A stretch of DNA of 64,000 nucleotides from positions 115,136,001 through 115,200,000 of the forward strand of contig NC_058373.1 of the NCBI RefSeq assembly GCF_018350175.1. Direction: 5' to 3'. Shown one piece after another: positions 36,883 to 50,450 of the stretch; the first letter of the stretch is position 1; each line of letters begins with the position of its first letter. The notes under the pieces were generated by a model, which saw only the letters and a list, made by a program, of their open reading frames with translations, did no database searches and was not told where the DNA came from. Origin of the DNA: Felis catus (Eukaryota). The translations under genes and the position numbers were made by a program.

Positions 36883-38399
36883 AACGGCTGCAGTCTCTCT
36901 TTTTGTGGATTAGCTGTAAAGAAGAATAAATAATACAAATCACTTCTTAAGATTAGAGAAATAGCAGGGAGCAGTGGCTAAAACAGCTTACCACTGTTGG
37001 CAGTTGACAACACGAAAAGCACTTTATTGTATACCACATCCTGTTGGTGTTCTCACAGTAAATTTACCACAGCCAGTAAAGGATAAAGCTGGGATCTGAA
37101 CCCAGGTCCTCCCATTTGTAAAGCAGATACTTTTTGTACTGATTATGTGAGTGTATGTTTTTAACATGACTTCCCTATGCCATTGTCTTTAGCATTATTT
37201 CAACCACTTCAGCTGTTATATATACCCTGGGCCCTCTGCCAGGAACTGAGGGCCTCACATCTAATTGGGGGAAAAGGTAAGACCGAATACATCTTCATCC
37301 CCCTTGAGTGGCTCAGGTATTGAGTACTATTGGAAAGAAAATAATGCTGATATCATCCAGGAAGATTCCTAGAAGAGCCAAGACTTCCACTGGGCCTGGT
37401 GGGGAGAGTTGGGAAAGGAAGTTGGGTTGGTATTTGTCTGCCTGAGATTCTGGGATGTGGAGAAAATGGTGAGATTTTGGTCCCGCTTTTCCAACTGTAC
37501 TGTGCTTTTAAAATCTGATTTGCACACCCCATGCCCACAAAGAATAATTTGGTCAGAATAATTGGTTTTTCCGCAAGACAAACAGTCTTGCAGCCCTTCA
37601 ATTCTCCCAGAAGAAAAGAAACCAAGGGTACGTTTGATTCTTTTATTTCCAGAGGTGGAAACTGTTTAACCAGCTGCCCCCATAGTTCTGTAGCAGGTGG
37701 TGAGGGTGGCCCACACTTTGAGAAACACTGTACCTCAGGGCATGCTCGTGCCATCCATGTTGCCCAGAAGGGACCTGGGTTTTGGCATCATGGAGGTATC
37801 CCACTCCTGTGGACTAAATAAATGTTTAGGATAAACTGAGAAAGAATGGGAGGGAGTGGATATTAAATGATGTTAAGTTGACTCTGGCAGCAGCTGGGGT
37901 AGTCTGACTGCTCCCTTGACTTGAAGGCAGGTGGTGGGGTTGCTGAGGCTGAGTAACTTGAAAACGAAGACCATGCTCAGAGTTCCTGCATGTTCCTCTA
38001 TTGAGTAAACATTTTTACAGATGCTGTTTGGTAGCTTAACTTTCAGATGAGTGTATTGGGGTTGGGAGCGGTGGTCAGGAGTCAGTTAGTGGGTGGAAAC
38101 AGGTCTAGGATTCAGGGCCTTGTATGTTGAGAGCTCAGGAAAATAAAACCTCAGGTCTTTGTAGGACTTAGCAATCTTGGTGAATCTTAGGATTGCTGTC
38201 TGTATTTGGGGACCAAATGGGGCATAGGGTAGTTAGGAAGATTACAAAAGTTACCAGGTTACCAAATACCCTGTTACAAAATGATATATATACCTTAGTT
38301 TTGGGGTATTTGTAAAAATATGTACCCTATAGCGAAAAGTATTAACACTTAAACATGCAGTATGTTCCAGGTACTAGCCATTTTAAATCTATTATCCCA

Positions 38400-39390
38400 T
38401 TTTCAGTTTTTCAGTGAAAATTTTCAAACATTAAAAAAGTAGAGACTAATATCATATGTGGGTACTTGCTGCCCAGATTTATTATTTTGCCGTATTTGCT
38501 TTAGATCTTTTTCTCTAGAGGTAACCAGTGTTCTAAATTGATGTGTATCCTTCCAACCATGTTTGTATGTTTTTACATACACGTGTATTTATGTTACACA
38601 CACAGGTTTTACATACTTACACTTGGATTGCTAAGCAATATGGAACATTGTTTTAGGGGCACCTGGGTGGCTCAGTTGAACATCCGACTTTGACTGAGGT
38701 CATGATCTCACGGCTCATGAGTTAGAGCCTGCATCCAGCTCTGTGTTGTCAGTGCGGAGCCCGCCCGCTTCAGATCCTCTGTCCCCACCTCGCTCTACCC
38801 TCCACCCCCCATCCCCTGCTTGCTGTCTCTCTCTCAAAAATAATAAAACATTTAAAAAGAGCGTTGTTTTAAAATGTTTGTAATTTTCCATAGCCCACCT
38901 TTTCACTCACACTGTTTTTGAGATTTAGCTATGTCGATACGTTGGTTTTACCTGGAGTATGACATTGCGTTGTGTTAATATACCAAAATATGTGTAACCA
39001 TCCTCTCATTGATGGATATATAGGTGACTTCAGTTTTTCACCGTTAGGAACAGTACTGCAAAGAGCATTCTTGTACATGTATCCTAAGCATGTATACAAG
39101 GCATATACATTGTATATGTATATGCATATACAAGGCATATACTTCCATCAGCAGAGCTACTGGATTATTAGAGGTCCACAGCTTCAACTTTCTGCATATT
39201 GCCACATGACTCTCCAAAGTAGTTGTATGGGTTTACAACACTAGTGATGTGTAGGAAAATTCTTAGTTCTCCATGTGCTTTGCAACAGCTGGTATTGTTA
39301 GATACTAGTTTTTGCCAGTTGATGGACATAAAATGAAATCCCCATGTGGCTTTTATTTTATATTTCCTTGATTATCTTTTCCCAATTTGT
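38400..39390 (-). mobile_element. Old L1 (L1ME-type) 3' fragments
   Basis: gaaaattttcaaacat; ctagaggtaaccagtgttcta; ttttcactcacactgtttttgagattta; cattgatggatatataggtg; gcatattgccacatgactctccaaagtagttgt. Confidence 0.65.
38656..38858 (+). mobile_element. CanSINE
   Basis: ggggcacctgggtggctcagttgaacatccgact head; TSD-like ttgtttta. Confidence 0.9.
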
Positions 39391-39395
39391 AGATT

Positions 39396-39504
39396 TTTTT
39401 TTTTTAAGACTTTTAAGTAATCTCTACACCTAGGGTGGAGCTTGAACTCAGAAGTCCATGATCAAGAGTTGCATGCTCTACAGACTGAGCCGGCCAAGTG
39501 CCCC
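39396..39504 (-). mobile_element. Short tRNA-Lys-like CanSINE
   Basis: aagtaatctctacacc...cttgaactc...atcaagagttgcatgctctacagactgagccggccaagtgcccc. Confidence 0.85.
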
Positions 39505-39530
39505 ATAGATTATTTGAACTTTCTCTGTAT

Positions 39531-39856
39531 CAGTGGTTCTGAGGGGTCCTTAAGATCCTTTCAGGAAGCTGACAAGATTGAAACTATTTTCATATTAATA
39601 CTAAGATGCTATTTGCTGTTTTTGCATTTTTTTCACAGGTGTGTAGACTTTCTAGAGGCTACATGACATGTTGACATGACTGCTGAGATGCTTTTGTTAT
39701 TTTTTAAATGAATTTATGAATACGCAATAAATTTTTTTAGTTTTATTTTCAACTATGATATATATTGATAGATGTAACACAGACAAATCTTTGGGGGTCC
39801 TCAATAACTTGTAATAGTATAAAGGGACCTGGAAACAAAGAATTTGAGAACCACTG
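39531..39856. mobile_element. hAT-Charlie (Charlie1-like) internally deleted DNA transposon
   Basis: Perfect 10-bp terminal inverted repeats cagtggttct (39531-39540) and agaaccactg (39847-39856). Confidence 0.75.
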
Positions 39857-42800
39857 CTGCTTTACAATGTCAGCTTTATTAATATTTTTTCCCTTTTGGA
39901 ATGTGAGTTTGTTTTTTTTTTAACTTAAGAAATTCTTTCCAAATTTCTTAAGGATGGGCTCTTATATTTTCTTCTAGAGGTTTTGGAATGTATTTTTGTG
40001 GGTGGCATCTGCCATTTCCCAGGCCCTTCAGCCACTAGGAATAGTTTTTAAATTTCACACCCTCTTAAGAAACATTTTATACAGCTTGGATAGAACATTT
40101 CCACATCAATCCTTACAATGGAATTTTTTATTTTTTTTGAGATTTTTTTGTGTGTGTGGGAGGAGGGAGAAGGAGGGGATGGGAGAATGATAGGCAAGGG
40201 TTTAGTCACCTTCTGCAGACCCCTGTTATTCAAGAGAGTCTCCTAGCATTTTGCAGAATATAGCAGTCCTTCACTGAGATGGTATACACTCTCGTTTGGA
40301 TCCTTGTGTTCATTTTTTCATTGCAGCTTGCCTCCCAGAGGACCAGAACTTACCAGTGACAGAGATTCTGGAAGCACACCTTTTTTCCAACCCTCCCGGA
40401 TTCCACTGGACGCTTTGGGTTCTGGTTAGCATGAAGCACCAAGCTTTTCTTCCGGGTTGTATCTGTGCTGGGTGCACGGGCAGGCAGCTGGCACGTTAAC
40501 TGTAGTCTGAGGTATAAATGATGGCCCCTTACAAGAGAGAACACTGCTAACATCCAAGGCCTCACCATCTCTCTGCAGACTCTTACTGGTTTCTCTGTCT
40601 CCAGTGTCTTCTTCACCTCCCTCTCCTCAAGTCTGTCTTCTGCCCTGCCGCCAGAGTAACCCAAAATTTCAGACTTAGAATGAGCCTTCTGTCCTTAAAA
40701 CAAAAGAAAACAAACTCAGGGCTCACTGGAAAGATGTACAGTAAGGTTCATACTCCTTAGTAACATCACCCTCATCTGTGCTTTCAGCTTTCTCTCTAGC
40801 CACTCCCTGTCCGGTGCTCCGTCCTGTGTTTTATCATTCCCATAATACACTGTAGAATATGCCCCAGGTGCCCTGTGCTGCTCCCTCCAGCTCAAATGTG
40901 ACTCCCCATTTGTGTGTTGGAGGAAAGCCTCTTTGACTCTCAGACCACAGAAAACTCAACAAGTATGAATTCTGAGAGGATGCTTTTGCTTTCATCGTAG
41001 TCTCCGCACTGACTCAGCCTTTCCAATGAAAATGAAGACTGGAAGTTAATTTCTGTTAAGTCTTTGTTTCACTTGTGGCTTTGTTAAGGCACAGCTGCTA
41101 TGCTTCATCCCTTCCCTAGAAGTTCCTTCCCCATAAATTCTGTTTGCAGGATTGGCCCCTGTCGTTTTGCAGCCCAGTTGTTTAATAGCTATAGGAGAAG
41201 GGGATTTCTTCTTGTGGTTAAGGAGCCGATGCAGACACCCTAATAAATTGTTTTCCAGCACATCTTGCCTGCATGAAGAGGACGCCGTGAACAAACGGAT
41301 GGAAACACCTAGTCCCTCACTTTCCCTCCCACCAATTCAGCTATTGCTTATCTTGAAAAATATAAATTGACATTTATTTTAAATTGACTGGCATATTTAA
41401 AAAGTGGTACATGAGTTGCATGTATGTGTTAACGCTGCTGGCAGAAGGGGCCTCCTCAGGGATGGTGCTGGGTGATGCCATTTTTCCCATGTAGCCACAC
41501 CCAGCCTCCCACCTCCCCTTCGACAGCCTAAAAAATAAAATTTCATGAACCCTAGAAATCTGTTAGAGATGCAAATTAGGAAGATTAACTTTTATTTTCT
41601 GAAAGAGTTTTATGGCAGGAGCCCACAAGGGTACCAAGAAAAGGGGCTCCTTCTGCTTTGAAAGACTGCAAGCCTGAGTGGTCTGCTAGAAGAGGGCTGG
41701 GGTGGGGACCTGAGACGGGGAAGGCCCTGCAGGGGGAACTCAAGGCAGAGATTATAAAGTCTCAGGAACCTTCTTTGTATCATCACTGCATCTGAAAAGA
41801 AGCGGACTTTCTTTGGCAGCTTGTTTGTAGCCCTTTCATTAGTTCTGAGAGCAGTCACTAGGTAGGTGAGGAAAGTGAGATAGCAAAAGGGGAAGAGTTA
41901 TTCTCTGGGTTATGTTGCTGATAAGGACAAAGCTAGGCTTTGTTTGCTCCATTGTACACTGCCTTCTAATTTATGCAGACATTCACAATTTAGGTGGATA
42001 GGAATTCTCGAGTTCAGGAGTAGGAGCTTATGCCACAGAAGTGAGGTCTGAACACTCATAAGTCCTGTGTTGCTAGCTGTGGAAACATTAAGTCTTCATA
42101 TGGACGTGGACCTTAGAGATTCCCTTTGTGGGTAACGGATGCTTTTCTTCTTACTTGAAGAGTACTGCTGATGTTGCTGTCGTGTTTGAGTGCTAGTAGT
42201 TCTGAAAGTGAAATAAAAGGAGTATTGCAGATAAGCCTTGCAGATGAAGCAAAATGATAGAAATTTTTTCCTTCTACCCTAGTTTGCCTGTGCCCCCTTG
42301 TCTTGAAACCCAGGCACTCTGGAATATGTATGAAAACAATCCTTACAATCAATCCAAATGTATGAAATACAAAGTCACCTCCCCCAGCAAAAGTGTAGTT
42401 CTTGCAAGAAGATTTTGCTCTCCACCAAAGCTGTCATTGTGCAATTGTGTTTAAAAGGAAGGTGTTTGTGGCGTATGTAAATATGATTGCATTCACACCC
42501 AACTTTTTAAGGTCACATTTGGTGTTTCAGGCATCTAAGAGAAAGAGAAGGTAGAGGAGCTCCCAGTGGCACCTTGGGCAGGATCAAATGAAGCATTAGG
42601 TTGGGCCTCTAGCTCTGAACACTGTGTTGAGTTCTACATTTGGCCATGAGGATTGCTTTCTTTTTCTCCCTGCAGTTCTTGTCTCTCCTGTTCGCTGCAA
42701 GACAGGCTCCCTTGCCAAGCATGAAGAGCCTGGATGTCAGATCCTTTCTCTCTGTCCTGGCAGGAATGCTGTTCTGTTTGTTTTCCAAGAAGGCTTTTTG

Positions 42801-45800
42801 CACTTGGGGAATTTTTTCTTTTCTCTTATGGGAAGTTGCTTCATCGTTTCCCAAAAATATACCGCACCTCTTGTTTAAACAGGGTGCCCTTGAAGAGCTT
42901 TGGAGCCTGAAGGGGGAGGGGGGTGTTGTGAAATCCTTTGTTCGAAGCTTTGATGCAAGCCAGAATACTGGCTGGTTGCAGGCAGAAGTCTCAGAGTTTA
43001 CCAGGACTCGGTCCAGGAGTGGGATGCGGGCAGGAGAGACTCCCAGGGAAGCAAGAGCTGGGGTCTTTTAAAGCATTTAATCAGTCCATGTTGTAAGAGG
43101 TCTCAGCCGTTCCAGCCACAGGCTCCATCAGGCGTTTGTACGGTGCCTTAAATGTGTCCAGGCTGGTGAAGGCAGATACTCTGCCCTTTTGAGATGTTCG
43201 TGATAACTTGGAGGGGCAGTACCGACTCACATGTAGCAACTGAACAAAATAGTGTGTTAATTGTGTCCTACATTGGATAGCCATGAGCGCTTTAGCCCAG
43301 AGGAAGGCAATTTCTGTAGAAGAGAGCACTAAGATCAGGTCTTGCACATCGGGTTGGTTTGAGCTGATGGAGGGAAAAGTGGAGGAGAGTGAAGAGAGGG
43401 GAAGAAGTTGAGAAGAGCCAGAGGGCTGATCTGAGGCTACAGCTGTGGGTGAGTAAGGCCAGTGCCGGTGCCCTAATGGGACTTGGTATTGGAGAAATGG
43501 GACAAGTCAGATTGCAGAAAGCCTTGCATGTCCAGCAGAAACATTTATACTTGTAGAAAGAAATTGGCAGGCTTTTGACTTTGGAAGATTCTAAGAAGAG
43601 AGCATCATTGGAAAAATGTAGTTTTTTGTAAGGTGAGCCTGCTATAGGGTAAATTGGAGTATGCCTCTAGGTGGGCAGTAGGAGGGATTCCCAACCCCAT
43701 CCATAGTTCTTGGAACAAAGTCATGCTGTTAGGTTTTGGGAGGGAGGAATGGCCTGGTAGAAAGCTTCTATCTTTCATGAACACAGTCCCACAGGTCCTG
43801 TGCCCGTGGCCCTCTGCACCTCCCCCAGCAGGGCACAGCAACTCAGACCATCAGGTTGTTGCTGACTGAGTAAGTAAGACCACCTGTTGGGTGCCACCCT
43901 GAGTAAAGCTCAGTGTAGAAGTGATGTCCCCTGGCGGGCCCGGGATTATTGCTCAGGTTCAGTCGACACCAGTCACCTCATGCCAAATCAGCAGTAGAAA
44001 AGTGCTGTTTTCAAAACCCTGGCCAGTGCTGGGTACTATTACTGTCCTCTGTGCCATGCACCCCCTTAACAATTTTAAATAAGGAATTTGGGTAACTTTG
44101 AATTTTAAATTAAAATCAAAGAGGACCAAAAAGTGGTCCTTAATCTATCTAGTAGTTGCTCTTAGAGAAAAAAGGAAAGCGGGGGAAAATAAATTTTTGT
44201 TGCGAGATTGTAGCAGTGGTATGCTTATCACAAGATCTGTTAATTTCCAGTAGAGGGACAAGTAAATGGTTGCCAAGGGAGGTACTGCCCAGTTCCCTTA
44301 AGTCAGAAAATGAATGACAGTTCCAATACCAGCTGCTGTGCCTGGGCTGGGCCCGACACTCCCAGCCGACCCACCCCAAGCTCCCTGGCACAGACCCACA
44401 GCGTGGCCAGCATAGACATTGTGTTTGCAGCCCTGGGAAGCAAGTGGTTCCTCTTTGGGGATCACCCCAGCTTGTTGCTAGAGAGGCTCCACTCCCAGCC
44501 TTGGTTCTCTCCACCAGTGGGTTTGGGCCCCTGGTACAGGAGAGGTGCTGGGGGAACACTTAGCTGGAGCCTTGAGTCTTCAGCTGTCACCTCACATTAC
44601 TGCCTTAAAGACCAGCGATTTCTTCCTGTTCTCTAAAACTGCGACGCCCCAGATACTCTGCTCAGGATTGCTGGTAGATAAACTGCTAAAACCATTCTGA
44701 GTAATCTCTTCATTAGAGTTGAGTAAGAGGGTGCTCCCCTAAAACAGGGCTTGACTTTGAGTGGCCCGGCCCCACATTTGCAAAGGGCCTAGTTGTCTTT
44801 ATATTTGTTTTTCTCTGTCCCTCTGAGAGATGAGGCTAGATGAGAAGATTGAGGGGGACGGAGAGGAGGAGAAGGCAGCAGGCCCAGAGTTCAAAATCAG
44901 TTGCCCTGCAACTTCTGTGTAGTTTTGGGGTATATGGTTTCATTTGATTTTGCAGAAGGGCTGCAAGTACAAATGGGCCAACCCCAGAGGATGTTACCCA
45001 CTGGCATGGAGATTGTGAAGCACACTGATTCCATTTCCCATAGGCCAGGTTGCTCCCTGTTGGGGAAGGAACCATTGTTCTACTAACTTATTCCACTGCA
45101 GGGTCTGGCGGGAGGCATCTGCCAGGATTCTGACTGAGCATCCCTGATTGCACGTGCGACAAGCCATTTCTATCCACAAGGCAGAGAGGCTGGGGAAACC
45201 CAGAATGAGCTGTCATCCTGAGTAACAGGCTCGTGGCAGGTGCTGACGAGCTTGACTTCCCTTGGTGCTGCGCAAGCCTCTGAGCCCTGGCTGCAGTCCT
45301 GGCTTCTTTGTAAAATGCAGGTGTGTGTTTGTTGCCAGGCGCCAAAGATCCTTGATCCTAGACACATTCCTCATTTCTATCTGGGCCTACCTAAGAATTT
45401 ACTTTCTTGGAGTTCACCAAAATGATCTGGGGCCAGGGGAGTGAGGAGGCAAGGAGTCCAAATCTGATACCTTGTGAGGTGGTTCTGAAGTTCTGCTGAG
45501 GAGCCAGCTTTTAAACATGTGTCTTCAGAACAACCTGTACCCTGGTGTGTCGTAAATGGACGCCTCAGTCGCCTCTCTGTGATGAATTTGGACTTTTGTA
45601 CTGCAGTTGAGGGAAGAACTCTTGAGCGGCCGTGAGCCGTGGCTGCCTGCCAGCGCTCCGTCTGTGCCGCCGTGTGTGTGGAGCAGCACCTTGGATTTTT
45701 GGAACTTTATTTTGTAAGGATGAGTTGGAAATGGAAAAAAAAACATTGCTAATGGTAGATCAAAGAAGGGTGGTTCTTCTAAAGTTGATAAAATTGAGGG

Positions 45801-48441
45801 AACGATTCTGAAATTGAGTGAGCGTGCTGGAAGTGGCGAATCATTAGTGTCAGTTGAACACTTGCTGATTGTAAGTCAACAGCCCTGCTCAGTTGTGAAG
45901 AGGAAGAACCAGAGTTAAAGAATAATGTATAAAATTGCCAAATTATATTGTCCGAGGTTGTATCTAAAAGACAGAGTATAACTAGGCATTTTATGACGTT
46001 GTTTGGCTCTGAGAGCATGACTTTCTTATAATACGTGTACACCTGTTATTTGATTTTGGAGGGCCTTTTCAGGGAAATGGGGGACTACCTGTAACCAGCT
46101 TCTGGTATAAGTAATAGTCGTGCAAAAATAAAACCCTCTTTGTAAGTGCACACGGCCCTTCCAGAACTGTGAGAGTCTGTCCTTCGGAATCCAAACTGTG
46201 TTGACCTACTCTCTGATCTATGAATGCCTTTACCCCCTGCGTTGTACCTCGTTTATATGCTCGTTTCTACCATCCCTTTTCCACTTAGATACATTATGAT
46301 TTTAAGCTGTCAGGTAGGCTTCTATTTTAAAAGGCTGAGCTGCTGAAACACTGCTAGCCTTCTCTAACTGGTAAAGCCCCAAGTTCCAGGAGGTTACAGG
46401 AAAACCACCACCAAAAGTAAACCAGCTAGCTCCTAGGCTGTGGACTTTTTCCTATTCTCCAGTCTCAGCCTCTGTCTTTGTGCGTGTAGAATTGTATGTG
46501 TGTGCCTGAAGCAACTAAGTTTTTAAGAAAAAATAACCAGCATCCCACCCCAGAGTACCATAATAGAAAGAGAAAAATCTCTTTAATTATAGCAGTGTTG
46601 CGGGCTTCTCCCGTGGCTGGCTGGCCACGGCATGGAGTTGATAAGCATACAGTGTCTTTCATACTTGCCATTACAACATGTTAATTAAGAGAATTCAGCT
46701 GTGGCACCAGCTGGGGATGTCTGGCTTTGTGGAAGATTGCAATTAGATGCTTTATTTTCTATTTTCTTCTTCCCCTTTCAACTTTGGTGGAATGCCTTTG
46801 AGTAGGGGCTTTTAGTCTCAGCAGTATAAATACTTTAATGTGCCTAATTATGTAATCGTACACTTATACTCCTCTGTGTACACACACATGGTTTTATGGA
46901 TTTTTATCCCCTTTTTTCATACATGAAACATCCTGCCTGCTTTTTGGTTGGTATGGTGGAGCCAGATTCCTCCATGCATTGGGCAGGAAGAAGAGAGGGA
47001 TCAGAGGCAGTTTGGGATTTTCCTCGGATTATGATCTACCCCTCTGCCCCCTCATTGACCCACTGGCCCTTTTATGGGCAAGTCCTTTATCTGTCAAATA
47101 ATTAACATCTCAATAGTTTCCCAGCAAAGTCAAGGTAATTTAAATAAAATTGAACTTTATGATAATATATCTTTCAGTTAATTTGCAAGTGCTGTCTTCC
47201 AAAATGTGTTGTGTTAGTTTTCCCAGTCCTCTGTTCCAGGCAGGCGTAGGGCATTAGCCTGAACATGAGAGCTCATGCATGCAGGCACAATGGAACCCAT
47301 TGATTTCTAGCATGCAGCTTGTGCAAAGAGGTCCCGTAACCCCAGCTGTTAGAACCAGGACCTGGGAGCAGCTGCTTTCTGAGATCCAGTCCTCCAGGGA
47401 TAGGCCATCTGCTGCCATGTGAGTGAACCCTGGGAAAGAAATTGACCACAGGACATCTTTGTGTTCCTTTTTTCTGCTCCAATCCCTTCAGTTCTTTCCC
47501 GGCCCCCCTCGCCTAGGCAAGTTTAAGAAGCATGATGAATCTGCACTGGAAAACTCACATGGTTTTCCTTTCTGTCCTTCCCCTGTCCCACACCAGCATA
47601 CCCTGCTCTGTTGAAAAATAGTTTCCAGAATAGGCAGGCACATTTATATGACTGCCTTCTTCCGCTGGATTAGTTCTAGAGAGCAGACTTTTGTTTTATT
47701 ATTAGCAACATGACTGCATTTTAGAACTGGAAGAGTTCTTAAAATCTCATTTTATTGAAGAGGAACCCAATATTTTTCATTCCTCAGCTCTGGTTTTTTA
47801 AATTTCCATCTATCTCCTGTTAAACACGAAATCCTTTGCTGCTTTCCATGCACACACCACCTCGTCTCGCTTCTCTGCCTTTACTGGTGCCCTCATCTCC
47901 CCCTTGAATATTCTTCCCATTCTCCTTTATCCCACGGTCACAGTCCTGCTTCCCCAAAATGTCAGAGTTCTAATACCATTTCTTCCATCTTTTCTGATCT
48001 CTTCTTCATTGGATTAGTCCTTCTTCCGAACTTCCTGTTGTAGGCCATGTTGATTTCTAATGTGTGTCCTTTATGGTTACTTACTAGGCAGTAAGCTCCC
48101 AGAGAGGAGAGTAGGGCCTGTGTCTTTTTCAACTTCTCCCATTGCCTGCCACAGTGCTTTTAGAACTTAGTAAAAACTTGAAAGAGTAAATGGATATACA
48201 TAATCCTTAACATGAACTCTAGGAGATAGACAGTAAATATTACCATTATTATAACCTGGTTGGGGCTCCTCTATAACTCCAAAGAGTCTGAAAGTCTCTT
48301 CAAGGACAGAACCACGTACTATTTATTCTTAAATTTCTAGCACCAATTGGCAAGTAGGTGTTTAATAGTTATTTGTTAAATTAATGAAGTAATTCCTACC
48401 AGGAAAGTGAAACCCAGGGAGATTAAGAATCAACACTTACA

Positions 48442-48619
48442 GGAGCGCCTGGGTGGCTCAGTCAGTTAAGCAACCGACTTTGGCTCAGGTCATGAATGAT
48501 CTCACAGTTCATGGGTTCGTGCCCCACATTGGGCTCTGTGCTGACAGTTCAGAGCCTGGAGTCTGCTTCCGATTCTGTCTCTCCCCCTCTCTGTCTGCCC
48601 CTCCCCCACTTGCAGTCTG

Positions 48620-48656
<37 letters not shown>

Positions 48657-48680
48657 AATAAACATTAAAGAATTTTTTAA
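48442..48680 (+). mobile_element. CanSINE
   Basis: ggagcgcctgggtggctcagtcagttaagc head; long (CT)n; aataaac tail. Confidence 0.93.
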
Positions 48681-49190
48681 AAAATAACACAAATGTTTTT
48701 CACTCTCTTCTGGGTGAAAGTTATTAAACCTGTTTTTTGGAAGACAGAAAGTTAAAGGGTATTTTCTGTTCACCTGTGTGACATCTGGACATAGTTATCT
48801 ACACATAGAATGGGTGAGGCTGCAACAGGCAGTATCTTCTGACCAGGAATCTTGGGCTGGTCAGTCAGAAAGTGGCTTGGCAGGGTCACAGGTCCAAAGA
48901 CGAGGAGAAGCAGGGGAAGCGACAGGAGCACAGGCCTCAACATCATTAATAAAAGCACAGTTGAGACTCTACCCCTGACTCTGACCTGGTCTGGGCCCAG
49001 ACTGCCCTAATCCGTTGTGAGGTTGGTCTGTTAAACGATCAAGGAGTCTCAGCACTGTGCTAAAGCCAGACTGGCAAATATACAGACTAAATCAGAGGGG
49101 AGGCAAGTCCCAGTCTTGTGGAAAATCACCTTGAGGGCCATGTGCCCTGTTTTAGACCTCACAGTTGGGTTTTAGTGGATTCTTGTTTTT

Positions 49191-49413
49191 AATTTTTTTT
49201 TATACTTATTCTTTTTTTTTTTTTTTTTTTTTTTTTGAGAAAGAGAGCACAAGCTGGAGTAGGACAGAGAGAGAAGGAGACACAGAATCTGAAGCAGGCT
49301 CCAGGCTCTGAGCTGTCAGCATAGAGCCCGGCACGGGGCTCAAACCCACAAACCGCGAGATCATGACCTGAGCCAAAGTCGGACGCTCAACTGACTGAGC
49401 CACCTAAGGGCCC
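49191..49413 (-). mobile_element. CanSINE
   Basis: Long T tract and typical body. Confidence 0.92.
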
Positions 49414-50210
49414 TGAATTCCTGTTGTTTTTAAAGTTTCTTAAAAGAGGTTTAAGTTTGGCCTTCTCAGAGAAAAGCAAGTGGGAGGGATTCACCTCCTC
49501 TGCCTGGGAGGAGGAAGGAAGTGCCCTGTCACAGACAACCTCTTGATTGACCTCTGTGGCTCCATCTGGTCCAGAACTTTAGAAAGACCCAAATGTTGAA
49601 AAGTGGGGAAGAACCAAAAAAACTCTTTGGCGAGTTTGACTCCTCATTATCCTTGATCAGCTGATGGTAGCACAGGGTGATAAATTCCCTTTCTAGGAGG
49701 TACAAAGGAAATCGAGAAGGCTTGACAAGCTGCTTTTCCTGTGGTGGCCATGTGAGAGAGTGGTCTAAGATTGTTTCAAGAGAGTCCGATCCCCCACAAG
49801 ACAGAGGAGGAAGAATATCAGATCAGTGGACTTTGTAACTGTGGACTCCCTTCTACCTATGCCCACTTGTCACCATGTTCCTTATAACTGTTGGTTCAGA
49901 GGTTGTAAGAGCTTCATTCCCCCTAAAAAAAACCAAACTCCTTTCTTTTTCCTTTTATGTCTCCTATCCCTGTGTCATGGTAGGGTCAGGCCTGACTTGA
50001 GCCCCCACAGAATGTACAGGGCTCACCTCATGGCATGTCTTTGCTAACCTTAAAAATAAAAGTCAGTTATTTTACCAGTAAAAATGGGTTTACTCGGTAA
50101 TAACAGAATTGCATTTTGGGACATGCAAACTATGGTAAAACCGCAGACAAGCCTAACAAAGGAGAGGAACTTTTATTTTTATGGAGAAGAAGGAGGAAGT
50201 TGGGAGGGCT

Positions 50211-50434
50211 TTTTTTTTTTTTGATTTTTTTAATGTTTATTTTGTTTATGAGAGAGAGAGACACAGAACATGAGTGGGGGAGGGGCAGAAAGAGAGGGAG
50301 ACACAGGATCCAAAGCAGCCTCCAGGCTCTGTCAGCACAGAGCCTGATGCAGGGCTTGAACTCACAAACCAAACTGAGAGATCAGCACCTGAGCTGAAGT
50401 CCCTGCTTAACTGACTGAGCCACCCAAGCACCTC
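50211..50434 (-). mobile_element. CanSINE (older) inside the LTR
   Basis: Flanked by tgggagggctttt and tgggagtggttgtttt (diverged TSD). Confidence 0.9.
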
Positions 50435-50450
50435 TGGGAGTGGTTGTTTT

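Noticed and set aside
603..37375. STAT GAS motifs (TTCCTAGAA/TTCCTGGAA near 603, 8689, 31309, 37367) and scattered AP-1 TGA(C/G)TCA sites
   Set aside because: About 16 TTCN3GAA and 8 AP-1 sites are expected by chance in 64 kb; no enrichment is evident
37738..37748. p53 response element (perfect half-site GGGCATGCTC), looked for because SUSD6/DRAGO is described as p53-responsive
   Set aside because: Only isolated half-sites were found by eye, with no adjacent second decamer; a PWM scan would be needed
44122..44140. Hairpin aggacca-aaaag-tggtcct
   Set aside because: A 7-bp stem is expected by chance and is too short for a miRNA precursor
45578..45660. Possible C/D snoRNA (GTGATGA at about 45579; also about 50726)
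   Set aside because: No suitably placed CTGA D box with a terminal stem; the second lies inside an LTR
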